Assembly (NCBI GenBank): GCA_965219685.1
Contig: CBDCOH010000002.1
Span: 416,001-480,000, forward strand
Length of the DNA: 64,000 nt
Source of the DNA: Candidatus Spongiisociaceae bacterium
GTDB lineage: Bacteria; Actinomycetota; Acidimicrobiia; Spongiisociales; Spongiisociaceae
Direction of reading: 5' to 3'
In this document: positions 51,621 to 64,000 of the stretch, in pieces
How positions within the stretch are numbered: position 1 is the stretch's first letter
Layout: the number at the start of each line of letters is the position of its first letter
Notes under the pieces: model-generated
What the model saw: only the letters and a program-made list of their open reading frames with translations
Databases searched by the model: none
Told to the model about the DNA's origin: nothing
Program-made: the position numbers and the translations under genes

Positions 51621-52511
51621 ATGATCCGGGATGCGCTCTGGCTGTTCGCCGAGCTACTGGTGCTGTTCGTAGGTGTGTCGTTCGGACTCACGCTGGTGCG
51701 CCGCCGACTCGGTGATGCGCGTCTGCGGTCCCTGATGGGTGACTCGCCGGTCAAGGCGGCATTACGAGGAATAGGGATCGGCTTCATCACGCCCTTCTGC
51801 ACCTACTCGGCCATACCGGTACTGGTGTCTCTGCGCCAGGCAGGCGTGCCACCGGCCGGGTACGTGGCGTTCATCGTGGCCGCGCCGGTACTGGACCCGA
51901 TCCTGTTCGGTGCTCTGGCCATCATCGTGGGGCTGCCCGCGGCCGTCATCTACCTGGGTGTGACCTTCGCAGCAGCCCTGCTGCTAGCCCTTCTGGCTGA
52001 GAAGGTCGATCTCGACCGCTTTATGAGGCCTCTCGCAACCGGCGGAGGTGGCCGGCTCTCGGGTGCATCATCCGTGGAGCAGGCGCCGTGGGAGGGGTTG
52101 CGCCTCGAATGGAGACCCGCCATGAGAGCGTCGAGAGCACTGCTCCGTACCATGCTGCCCCTGCTGGTGGTGGGTGTCGCGATCGGCTTGGCGATTACCG
52201 CCTTCCTGCCGCCGGAGACCGTGGCCCGGGTACCCGGGTTGTCGTCCCAGGCGGCCATACCGGTGGCGGCCGCGGCGGGGACCTTCTTCTACATCAACAC
52301 TGAACTCTTCGTCCCCATCGCCGATGCCCTCGGATCTGCCGGCATAGGGGTCGGGGCCATCGTCGCGCTGACGATCGCCGGCGCCGGGGCCAACGTGCCG
52401 GAGTTCGTGATGCTGGCGCGGCTAACCACGCGGCGCGTCCTCGCTGCCTTCGGCACCTATGTGTTCGCGGTTGCCATCGCGGGCGGGGTACTGGTCCAGT
52501 TGCTTGTCTAA
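51621..52511 (+). CDS. Permease, ArsP/DUF318-like
   Basis: GFITPFCTYSAIP, AFIVAAPVLDP, GAGANVPE; multiple TM segments. Confidence 0.8.
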   Translation: MIRDALWLFAELLVLFVGVSFGLTLVRRRLGDARLRSLMGDSPVKAALRGIGIGFITPFCTYSAIPVLVSLRQAGVPPAGYVAFIVAAPVLDPILFGALAIIVGLPAAVIYLGVTFAAALLLALLAEKVDLDRFMRPLATGGGGRLSGASSVEQAPWEGLRLEWRPAMRASRALLRTMLPLLVVGVAIGLAITAFLPPETVARVPGLSSQAAIPVAAAAGTFFYINTELFVPIADALGSAGIGVGAIVALTIAGAGANVPEFVMLARLTTRRVLAAFGTYVFAVAIAGGVLVQLLV

Positions 52512-52612
52512 CTGCTCCGCAGACCCTGTCGGCTTGGCGGGGTGAGTCCATCTACGAGAGCGTGAATAGGTTCCTTGTGGTTCTGGCTGTTGGGATGGGT
52601 TCGCGGTGTTTA

Positions 52613-52650
52613 TGTCACAGGCGGGTTGTACAATGAGAACATATGTTCGA
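52613..52650 (+). promoter_or_regulatory. DNA-damage promoter candidate: TGTCAC-N10-TACAAT plus LexA box GAACATATGTTC
   Basis: GAAC-N4-GTTC at 52637-52648 overlaps the HNH start codon; TGTCAC at 52613-52618 and TACAAT at 52629-52634. Confidence 0.65.
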
Positions 52651-54001
52651 TTACCTACTCGACTATCCCGACCGGGAAACCGCCCGGCCCTCCACTGCCA
52701 ACAGTGGAGGGCCGGACGCTGATCTGTTCGCGAGCCCCTACCAGCGGGAACGGCAGCGGGTCTACGACCGGGCCCGGCACATGGCAGCCGATGGTGGCTA
52801 CACCCACGCCGTTGTGGAGGACGCCAAGGCCGAAGCCGCCCTGGTGCGTGAACAGGCCAAGGTCAGCCGGGCCCGGGGTGGGCAGATCGCATGGGTGCGG
52901 CACATGCTGCGGCGGGGCGCGGCGGCCCGGTTGGGGTACCGCAACCCCACTGAGATGGTCGCGTCCCGCCTCGACGTACGCCGCTCTGTTGCCCGGGAGT
53001 TGGTGTACCTGGCGGGGCGGTTGGCGGATCATCGGATCGAGGCGATCCGCGCAGGTGCTGTCTCCTACGAACGTGCACTAGCCGAGGAACACCTGGCCGA
53101 GGCGGGCGCCTCGATGGAGGTGATCGAAGCCAGCCGGGACCTGGACCTCGAAGCCGTCAAACGGGTATTGCAGTCCCATCGCAGGATGAGCCGCCACGAC
53201 GAGCGGGCAGTGTTCGAAGGCCAGTTTCTGATGTTGCAGCCGTCGTTGGACGGCAGCCACATGCAGGTGAACGGACGGCTCGGCGCCCTCGAAGCAGACA
53301 TATGCCGCCAAGGCTTGGACCGAAGAGGCGAAAAACTGGTACCCGCAGGCGAAACCCGTCCCGACGCCGGACAGAGACGAGCCTTGGCGCTCACCACCCT
53401 ATGCCAAGACGAACTAGACCGCACCCCCCAACCGCCCACAACGACCACCGAACGCTTCCGGGCGGCCCGCCGCAGACGCGAACCCGCGCTCATGATCGTC
53501 GCGAACCAGCCCCTCTCCGAGACGTCCGGCTACGAACAAGGGGTCGCCATCCTTGCCGGAGCCAGGGTAGGACCCGACAGCGTAGACCTCATCCAATGCG
53601 TCGGCACCACCGAGATCATCACCGTCTCAGGACAGAACATCCTCCACCACGGAACCACCACCTCGATGCGCCCATCCCTGCGCCGAGCCGTCCTCGCCCG
53701 CGACGACGGATGCACCATCGACGGATGCACCTCCACCTACCGCCTCGAAGCACACCACATCACCCCCAGATCCCAAGGCGGCACCAACACAGCCGAAAAC
53801 CTCACCACCCTCTGCTGGTGGCACCACCACATCGCCGTACACCGCCGAGGCATGCGCATAGACCCCCAAACACCACCCCGACGCCGACGGCTCACCCCAC
53901 CAAGGACACGAACCTGCGACCACCAGCCACCCGAACCCGACCCCCACACCCACGCAACCCTCCACCTCCCACGCACACCCACCAACCGCGCCCCACCCTG
54001 A
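52643..54001 (+). CDS. HNH endonuclease, DUF222/13E12-repeat-like
   Basis: LRRAVLARDDGCTIDGC...EAHHI...GG.N..ENLTTLCWWHH. Confidence 0.85.
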   Translation: MFDYLLDYPDRETARPSTANSGGPDADLFASPYQRERQRVYDRARHMAADGGYTHAVVEDAKAEAALVREQAKVSRARGGQIAWVRHMLRRGAAARLGYRNPTEMVASRLDVRRSVARELVYLAGRLADHRIEAIRAGAVSYERALAEEHLAEAGASMEVIEASRDLDLEAVKRVLQSHRRMSRHDERAVFEGQFLMLQPSLDGSHMQVNGRLGALEADICRQGLDRRGEKLVPAGETRPDAGQRRALALTTLCQDELDRTPQPPTTTTERFRAARRRREPALMIVANQPLSETSGYEQGVAILAGARVGPDSVDLIQCVGTTEIITVSGQNILHHGTTTSMRPSLRRAVLARDDGCTIDGCTSTYRLEAHHITPRSQGGTNTAENLTTLCWWHHHIAVHRRGMRIDPQTPPRRRRLTPPRTRTCDHQPPEPDPHTHATLHLPRTPTNRAPP

Positions 54002-54110
54002 CCCGGGCCTGCCCCCAGCCACTCCGCCCATCGCAACTCGGCAACCAGCTTGAGCCCCCGACCGGCTAGCTCCCGGTATGCTCGTTCTGAATCTAGGAGA
54101 GGGTGAGCCC

Positions 54111-54629
54111 ATGGAGTCAGGTCCATCTGAACCCGGCGGCGCCCCGGTCGCGATGACGGGCTGGGTGACGCTGGGGAACGGAGAGGTGCGCGAGTTGGCC
54201 AACCTGGGGAGCCGGTTGGGGGCGAGAATCCTCGACTGGATCCTCGTCGGGGTGGCCATCGCGATCCTGGCCGTGATCGGCATCGTCGGGGCCCTTGCGT
54301 CCGGGGACGAGGCAACCTTCATCACGGTGGTGTTCGGCATAGCTTTCTCGGTTCTGATGATCACGCTCCTCTACGAGATGACCATGATCGCTCTCCGGGG
54401 CCAGACCGTCGGCAAGATGATGGTCGGTGTCAAGGTGGTCCGCGCCGCGGACGGTGGCCTACCCGGCTGGGGCAAGTCGATCGGGCGCTGGCTCATCCTG
54501 GTAGCTCCGGGCCTGATCCCCGTCGGTGGCCTCCTGCTGACCCTCCTGGTGTACCTCTCGCCGACCTTCGACGACCGTCGCCAGGGCTGGCACGACAAAG
54601 CCGTCGCCACAGTGGTGGTCAAGGCGTAA
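54111..54629 (+). CDS. RDD family membrane protein
   Basis: LANLGSRLGARILD, GQTVGKMMVGVKVV, RQGWHDKAVATVVV; start 54078 or 54111. Confidence 0.88.
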   Translation: MESGPSEPGGAPVAMTGWVTLGNGEVRELANLGSRLGARILDWILVGVAIAILAVIGIVGALASGDEATFITVVFGIAFSVLMITLLYEMTMIALRGQTVGKMMVGVKVVRAADGGLPGWGKSIGRWLILVAPGLIPVGGLLLTLLVYLSPTFDDRRQGWHDKAVATVVVKA

Positions 54630-54676
54630 GTGGGCAGTGGTCATGTCTCTCAGCGTGGAGGCAGGTCCGCTAGCCG

Positions 54677-56140
54677 CTATTCGCCTCGACGCCACAGATC
54701 CAAGGCTTGGAGGAGGTACTTGTCGAGCCAGGCCTCGAACCGCGCCTCCACGGCTTCGAGGGATTCCAGGTAATTGATCTGGAAGAGTTCCCTGCTCACC
54801 GTGTGCTGGTCCTCGATCATCGAGTGAGCCTCGTCTGTCTCGGTCTTCCGGTAGAAGCAGAGCGAGACGCCCACTAGACCCCGGTACTCCGGACCGATCC
54901 CATGGAACGAGAGGACGATTTCCGAACGTCCGGCCTCCGTCTCAAGTACCAGCCTGCGCCAAGCGCTGAACTCCCGGATGTTTGCGAAATAACCCATATC
55001 CCTGGCCGTCTTGATGATCTGGGCGCTGTGCCACCGCCGCCGGGAACTCGTTTCGTTCGGGGCACTGAAGTCATCGAACACCTTACGCTCGGACGGGCCG
55101 CGGATCGCATCGCTTAGCTGTCCCGATATCCTTGCAAATGTGGTCCCCGCCCGGTTCCAAAGGGCATCGGCGTGATCCTTGGCCCGTATCATGTTTCTGG
55201 CTAGGTCCTCGTCCCGTTTGCGGAAGTGCTCGCCGATAGCCGCCACCATCTGATCGAGGTGTTCGCTCGCCCGGAGCACTTCGCGTGCGACTCCGAGCGC
55301 ATCAACGAATGCCTTGCGTTGGGCGGAGGCGAACACCTCTATGAGCGGTCCGAGGTATCCCCGGTCGGCCGCTTCGAGGGAATCGATGTAGTCGGGCCGC
55401 TGGTCGCGATGGATGACCAGGGGAAACCAATCCTCCCTCATGAAGACAAGTGACGCGAGCGCCCGCGCCACCCGCCCGTTGCCGTCCTGGAAGGGATGGA
55501 TCTGCGCGAAACGGTGGTGGAGCCAGGCCGAGAACACCTCGGGCGCGATCCGTTCTTCCATGTAGCGGTCGTGGAACTCGATGAGACGTTCCATCTCGAC
55601 CGTGACCTGTTCCGGGGGACAGTATTCATGAACGGCACCGGCCCTCGTCGGATTGTTGGGCCACTTCTTGTACGCACCGTGTAGGAGAGGAACCTCCACT
55701 CTCTGGCCGAACATGTCGATTCCCGTTGCTGTCTTCTGGCTACGCGTGATCAGGGCATGGAGGTGCTTGATGAACGATTCAGAGAGCGGACGTTCGGTCT
55801 TGACGAAGTCGAACAACCAATCAACCGCCTCCTTCTGGTCGTGGATGTGGGCTGCAACTTCTGCGGGTGGGCGGTCTGTGGCATCGTGTGGGATGAGCGA
55901 CTCGTCGATTCCCCGCTCGATCAATAGCTGCGTGACGCCGCCGTCTAGGGTGTACAGGCGTTCCAGGATTCCGGTCTCGATCGCCCATTCACGGGCCAGC
56001 CGCTCGTTGAACTGCTTGAGGCTCTCCGTATCCGCCAGTGACTCGCGTTGTTCGAACCAGACACTCACCAGCGGAGGAAGTTCCTTGACGGCCAAGTCCT
56101 GCCGGTCCGCTCCCAGGCCGGTGATCGGTTCCCATGCCAT
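54677..56140 (-). CDS. Fic family protein
   Basis: Intact Fic motif HPFQDGNGRVAR. Confidence 0.9.
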   Translation of the reverse strand: MAWEPITGLGADRQDLAVKELPPLVSVWFEQRESLADTESLKQFNERLAREWAIETGILERLYTLDGGVTQLLIERGIDESLIPHDATDRPPAEVAAHIHDQKEAVDWLFDFVKTERPLSESFIKHLHALITRSQKTATGIDMFGQRVEVPLLHGAYKKWPNNPTRAGAVHEYCPPEQVTVEMERLIEFHDRYMEERIAPEVFSAWLHHRFAQIHPFQDGNGRVARALASLVFMREDWFPLVIHRDQRPDYIDSLEAADRGYLGPLIEVFASAQRKAFVDALGVAREVLRASEHLDQMVAAIGEHFRKRDEDLARNMIRAKDHADALWNRAGTTFARISGQLSDAIRGPSERKVFDDFSAPNETSSRRRWHSAQIIKTARDMGYFANIREFSAWRRLVLETEAGRSEIVLSFHGIGPEYRGLVGVSLCFYRKTETDEAHSMIEDQHTVSRELFQINYLESLEAVEARFEAWLDKYLLQALDLWRRGE

Positions 56141-56231
56141 CCCGCATCGCCTCTCTGGATTGGATCAAGTGATCCGGAACGCAGCGGATGTTAGCGAGAC
56201 GGTGCGATTCCGATGTCACCGTTAGGCGGTG

Positions 56232-59636
<3,405 letters not shown>

Positions 59637-59718
59637 GATGTCCTCCCCGGCGCCGCATGCCGCGGTCTCCCCCGACGCCTCGTTTTCCCGGTCCCCTACC
59701 GGTTCAGTAGGACCAAAC

Positions 59719-59747
59719 AGCGTAATGACATCCTTGTAGTTTGTCAA
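59719..59747 (-). promoter_or_regulatory. Housekeeping sigma promoter for nrdJ
   Basis: Minus strand TTGACA-N17-TACGCT. Confidence 0.7.
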
Positions 59748-59961
59748 GGTCTGATTCCCGTCTGCCGTTGTTCAGCGCTTCACCTGCGGCAACCGCTCGA
59801 GGCTCTGCGGGCCGCATGGGCGCGCCGAAGGAGCGGAGCCTTCGTCCAAGGGAAGAGGGACGGACCGTCCCGGGAAGTGCCGGGAAGCTTAGTCGCCCAC
59901 CGCGGCCGGAATAGCCTCCATTTGCCGTGGTCACTCCCGCGTTGGCCTCTTGGGCCTCCGC

Positions 59962-60729
59962 CTATCTCGGGTACAGGGTCTCGGTGTGGCCGTCAACCGC
60001 GATGACCTGGCCGCTGATCCGGGCGCCCCGTTCCGATGCCAGGAACACGACCAGGTCGGCCACCTGCTCCGGGGTGACGAAGGTGCCCATCGACGTGCCG
60101 CTCTCGTACATGGAGCGGATCTCCTCCTCGGATCGGTTCTCGGCCTTCGCATGGGCGGCCACCACACGATCCATGCGATCGCCGCTGATCGGTCCAGGGG
60201 CGATCGCGTTCACGCGGATGTTGCACGGGCCCAGTTCCATCGCCAGGGTCTTGGTGAGGCCGACCACGGCGAACTTCGCAGCCACGTAGGGAGCCCGGTG
60301 GGGCATGCCCATGATCCCTGCGGTAGAGGCAATGTTGATGATCACGCCGCGGCGGCGGGCCTTCATGGCCGGCACCACGTACCGCGTGCAGTGGAACTGG
60401 CCGTCGAGGCCCACGGCCAAGCAGCGCCGCCACTCGCCGGGGGCTATCCGCTCGATTGGTTTGGTCGGTCCGGCGATGCCCGCGTTGTTGACCAGGATGT
60501 CGATGCCTGAACGTGCGATCGGCTTCAGCCAGGCGCCGACCGCGCCGGGATCCGCCACGTCGACCCTGGCGCCCTCCAGTCCGTCCGGGAGATGTTCGAG
60601 AGCGGCTTCGTCCACGTCGCAGACCATGACGGTGGCGCCCTCGCCGGCCAGGGTCATGGCGATCACCAGGCCGAGTCCACCTGCGCCGGCGGTGACCGCG
60701 GCGCGCTGCCCGTCGAGTCGCGTGTTCAT
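59962..60729 (-). CDS. SDR family oxidoreductase
   Basis: TAGAGGLG, LVNNAG, YVAAK, VNAIAPG. Confidence 0.92.
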   Translation of the reverse strand: MNTRLDGQRAAVTAGAGGLGLVIAMTLAGEGATVMVCDVDEAALEHLPDGLEGARVDVADPGAVGAWLKPIARSGIDILVNNAGIAGPTKPIERIAPGEWRRCLAVGLDGQFHCTRYVVPAMKARRRGVIINIASTAGIMGMPHRAPYVAAKFAVVGLTKTLAMELGPCNIRVNAIAPGPISGDRMDRVVAAHAKAENRSEEEIRSMYESGTSMGTFVTPEQVADLVVFLASERGARISGQVIAVDGHTETLYPR

Positions 60730-60831
60730 GTCCCCACGAGGCTATCCCGCTCTTCGTTCGGTTGTCGCCAAGGGAGCCGGAGACCGGCCGCGGGCACCAT
60801 CCATTCCCATGGCGTCGGGTAGTATCGACTC

Positions 60832-62076
60832 ATGGATCTCTACGCCCGGGTCAACATTCTCGAGGGTCGCGCGGTCCGTCTGGGTCGAGGAAGTCTCGAC
60901 GATGTCACGTCCCTCGACGCCGATCCCGTGAACCGGGCCAGGGGCTGGGTGGACAAGGGCGTCGACTACCTGCTGGTGGTCGACCTGGACGCAGCCGCCT
61001 ACCGCTCGTACCGCAACCGTCCCCTCATCGACCGGATGCTCGACGCCATGGACGTGCCCGTCGTCGTGGCCGGTGGGATCCGTTCAGAACGGGAGGCGGC
61101 CCGGTTGATCGAACGGGGCGCGTGGAAGGTGACGATGGGCACCGCGGCCATCGAGATGCCGACCATGGTCTGGGACCTGTGCCGCGACTATCCGGGCAGG
61201 ATGATGGTCTCCATAGACGTGCTCGAGAACGAGGAGTTGGTCACCCGCGGATGGACGTCCAACTCAGGCCGGTTCCTCGAGGAGGTGATGCTGGAGATGG
61301 CATCCTGCGGTGTGAGCGGCTTCTTCGTGGCCGATGCCAGGCGGGATGTCCTGACCGAGCCGCCCAACGTCGAGATCCTGCGGACGGCCCTCGAGTACGT
61401 GGACGAGCCGGTCATCGCCTCCGGTGGTGTGCGACATCTGGACGACCTCAGGGCACTCACCTCGATCGACGTCGGCGGCCGGGCGCTGGCCGGTGTCGTA
61501 GTCGGTCGCGAGGTGACCGAAGGGCGGTTCACGATCGGTCAGGCGAAGTCGGTGCTGAGCGGACCGCCGAGGGCGCCGTCGGCGGTGCGGCAGATGAGAG
61601 TGGTCCTGCCGTGCAGCGACATCGATCGGAGCATCGACTTCTACCAGGGAACTCTCGGCTTGCCGCGCCTTGACATGTTCGAGCGTGACGAGCTCAAGGA
61701 GACGAGCGTCGATCTGGGGGATGATGCCGCCGGTGACCTGAGGTTGGGAGATGGCCGGTTGACGCTCGGCATGTCGCGGTACCGGCGCCTCACGGACCGC
61801 GGGGTGCTGTTGGAGGTGGGGGACGGCCGCATGCTCGAACTCGTCTCGGCCGCTGATGATCCCGCCGGCTTGCCCACGGGGGACCGGTGCCGGCTCATCT
61901 TCGTGGTCGATGACATCGAGGTGTGGCGCGATCGCGTCGGGAGGCTCGGAGAGGTCCCCGTGCACGCCGCCGACGCTATGGCCGGAAGTATCGACATCAA
62001 GGGTCCGGACGGGGTCACCGTTACGATCTCGGAGGCGCGCGGTCTCCAGACTTCCCACGCCGGGCGGGTCTCGTAG
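60832..62076 (+). CDS. HisA/HisF-like TIM barrel fused to a C-terminal VOC domain
   Basis: VVDLDAA, VAGGIRS, SIDV, IASGGV; then RVVLPCSDIDRSIDFYQGTLGL...GPDG. Confidence 0.75.
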   Translation: MDLYARVNILEGRAVRLGRGSLDDVTSLDADPVNRARGWVDKGVDYLLVVDLDAAAYRSYRNRPLIDRMLDAMDVPVVVAGGIRSEREAARLIERGAWKVTMGTAAIEMPTMVWDLCRDYPGRMMVSIDVLENEELVTRGWTSNSGRFLEEVMLEMASCGVSGFFVADARRDVLTEPPNVEILRTALEYVDEPVIASGGVRHLDDLRALTSIDVGGRALAGVVVGREVTEGRFTIGQAKSVLSGPPRAPSAVRQMRVVLPCSDIDRSIDFYQGTLGLPRLDMFERDELKETSVDLGDDAAGDLRLGDGRLTLGMSRYRRLTDRGVLLEVGDGRMLELVSAADDPAGLPTGDRCRLIFVVDDIEVWRDRVGRLGEVPVHAADAMAGSIDIKGPDGVTVTISEARGLQTSHAGRVS

Positions 62077-62087
62077 AGGAGGGTTTC

Positions 62088-62870
62088 ATGCCTGGGACGG
62101 TGTCTGTGGCGAAGAGTCTGGGTCGATCGTGGCTGCTGGTCCTCGCGCTGGTCGGCATCCTGGTGCTGTCCGCCTGCGAGTTCCGGATCCGCGCCGATCT
62201 GGTGATCGAGGAGGACGAGAGCGGGACCCTCTCGGTCGAACTGGCGATGGACGAGGAACTGGCCGCCCTGGCCGGCAGCTTCGGAGGTGAATTGGTCGTG
62301 GGCGAGGAGATCGTTCCGGCCGGGTGGACCGCGCAGGTGGTGACCGACGAGGGCTACGAAGGTATCCGCGCCTCTACGGACTTCGGATCGCTGGGCGAAC
62401 TGGAGCAGCGCCTGGGTGAACTCGCCGAAGGGACCGGCACCGCCGACACGCCTCTCCTGGCCTTCCTCGCCGATATCTCCCCCACGCGTGAGGAGGACAC
62501 GTTCCGCTTCCACCTCCTGATCCCGGAGGAGGTCGAAGCCATGATCGGGGAGGAAATCCAGCAGAGCCCGATACCCCTCGACCTTGCAGTTCTCGATGAG
62601 GTGTTCGACATCCGTCTCAGCCTGGTCCTGCCCGGCGACCTCCTATCCAGCAACGCGGACGTGGTGACCGGCGAGACCCTCGTGTGGGATATCTCGCTGG
62701 CCGACAGCGGGCGCGTGCTGGAGGCCGAGTCACAACTCCCCGGGCCGGACCGCACCAGATTGGTCGTGTTGGGAGTTGTCGTGGTTGTGCTGCTGGTCAT
62801 CGTCTACTTCGTGGCCAGGTTGCGCGGGCGGCGCGCTGATCCGGATCCCGATCGGGCGGCCGGTGGCTAG
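62088..62870 (+). CDS. LppM/DUF3153-like lipoprotein with C-terminal TM helix
   Basis: Lipobox VLSAC, ADLVIEEDESG, LPG...SNAD, C-terminal hydrophobic run followed by basic residues. Confidence 0.7.
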   Translation: MPGTVSVAKSLGRSWLLVLALVGILVLSACEFRIRADLVIEEDESGTLSVELAMDEELAALAGSFGGELVVGEEIVPAGWTAQVVTDEGYEGIRASTDFGSLGELEQRLGELAEGTGTADTPLLAFLADISPTREEDTFRFHLLIPEEVEAMIGEEIQQSPIPLDLAVLDEVFDIRLSLVLPGDLLSSNADVVTGETLVWDISLADSGRVLEAESQLPGPDRTRLVVLGVVVVVLLVIVYFVARLRGRRADPDPDRAAGG

Positions 62871-62981
62871 TTGGTAGTTGAGGTCTACGTTTGTTGACGC
62901 CCGGCAGCTGACAAACGGCACCCGTGTCCCCGGCTTGTGAGATACTGAACCGTCCCTGAAGTGCTCCGGTAGGGAGGCCGT

Positions 62982-64000
62982 GTGAGATTCATCAACGATG
63001 TGACGCCCGGGCACGAGCAGACCTTCTCCGAAGTCTTCCTGGCCCCTTCATTCTCGGATGTCGCTTCGCGGTTGGACGTGGACTTCCGGACCCCGGACCG
63101 TGTGGGTACCAGCATTCCCATCGTCGTGGCCAACATGACCGCGGTCGCGGGACGCCGCATGGCCGAGACCGTGGCGCGGAGGGGCGGGGTGGCGGTTCTT
63201 CCCCAGGACGTGGAGATCGAGGCCATCGCCGACATGGTCGCTTCTGTCAAGAGCGCGCACCGGGTGGTCGACACCGCGCTCACCCTGACCCCGCAGGACA
63301 ATGTCAACACCGCTCGGGCCCTGATCTACAAGCGTTCCCACCGAGCCGTAATCGTGGTGGATGGCCGAAATCGCCCGGTCGGGATCTTCACCGAGATGGA
63401 CAAGGAGGGTGCAGACCCCTTCACCCCGCTGGCCGAGGTGATGTCGGAGGACCCGATCGTACTTCCGGTCAGCCTGGATCCGGAGGCGATGTTCAACGAG
63501 CTCGCGAACCGGCGGGTGCACCTTGCCCCGGTGGTTGACGGGTCTGGGGAACTGGTCGGCGTGATGACCGAGCAGGGCGCGATCCGGGCGACGCTCTATG
63601 AGCCCGCCACCGACGACAACGGTCGGTTGCTGGTGGCGGCCGCGGTGGGGATCAGCGGTGATGCCGGGACAAGGGCAGCCGAGATCGCAGGGGTCGGAGT
63701 GGACGTGCTGGTGGTCGATACCGCACACGGCCACCAGGGCCGGATGATGGAAGCGCTCAAGGAGGTGCGCGCCGCGGTTGACGACCGGCCGATAGTGGCA
63801 GGCAACGTGGTGACGGCCGCCGGGGTGAACGACCTCCTGGATGTCGGTGCTGACATCGTGAAGGTCGGTGTGGGTCCCGGGGCCATGTGCACCACCCGCA
63901 TGATGACCGGTGTCGGCCGTCCCCAGTTCTCGGCGGTTGTCGAGTGCGCGGCGGCCGCCCGCGCCCGGGGAGCCCACATCTGGGCCGACGGCGGTTTGCG
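62982..64000 (+). CDS. guaB1: GuaB1-family IMP dehydrogenase-related protein (GMP reductase-like), 3' end outside window
   Basis: Absent from the ORF track. GTG 62982 gives MRFIND...IPIVVANMTAVAGRRMAETVARRGG...DTAHGH...KVGVGPGAMCTTR. Confidence 0.9.
   Translation, partial: MRFINDVTPGHEQTFSEVFLAPSFSDVASRLDVDFRTPDRVGTSIPIVVANMTAVAGRRMAETVARRGGVAVLPQDVEIEAIADMVASVKSAHRVVDTALTLTPQDNVNTARALIYKRSHRAVIVVDGRNRPVGIFTEMDKEGADPFTPLAEVMSEDPIVLPVSLDPEAMFNELANRRVHLAPVVDGSGELVGVMTEQGAIRATLYEPATDDNGRLLVAAAVGISGDAGTRAAEIAGVGVDVLVVDTAHGHQGRMMEALKEVRAAVDDRPIVAGNVVTAAGVNDLLDVGADIVKVGVGPGAMCTTRMMTGVGRPQFSAVVECAAAARARGAHIWADGGL

Noticed and set aside
62898-62927. Hairpin upstream of guaB1 as a purine riboswitch
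   Set aside because: Only a short imperfect stem (CGTTTGTT...GACAAACG) with no aptamer consensus.

Overview
High-GC bacterial DNA, most likely Actinomycetota; Acidimicrobiia-like is my inference from GuaB1, a DUF222-HNH gene, an LppM-like lipoprotein and TANNNT promoters. About 50 kb is devoted to uptake and breakdown of methylated amines and betaines. It holds two tandem ProVWX-type ABC operons, formate-THF ligase (fhs), and an NAD-linked formate dehydrogenase whose catalytic subunit has an in-frame UGA plus a SECIS-like hairpin (selenoprotein, split in two by the ORF track). It also holds three GcvT/dimethylglycine-dehydrogenase-family flavoproteins, EtfAB, a Rieske oxygenase cluster, and a cobalamin-dependent methyltransferase operon (corrinoid protein, DUF1638, small 'virulence factor'-family protein, pterin-binding methyltransferase, RamA-like ASKHA activase, non-pyrrolysine MttB, MTHFR) followed by PabB-PabC. 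A tandem 17-bp palindrome (best copy GTTCCGC-N3-GCGGAAC, in pairs at an 18-bp period) lies upstream of five of these transcription units, suggesting one regulon that takes betaine methyl groups via B12 and THF to formate and CO2. Other oddities: an apparently exact start-to-stop duplication of proV, an apparently exact internal duplication of a binding domain, ProW permeases with about 400 extra membrane residues, poly-Arg tails on three partners of an acidic corrinoid protein, a likely ATC start codon, a frameshifted MFS gene, and a HisA-like/VOC fusion lacking the first catalytic Asp. The rest includes ppc, a toxin-antitoxin pair, an SOS-box HNH gene, Fic, nrdJ and a partial guaB1. No rRNA, tRNA or CRISPR array was seen. 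All calls come from reading motifs by eye; no database search was run.
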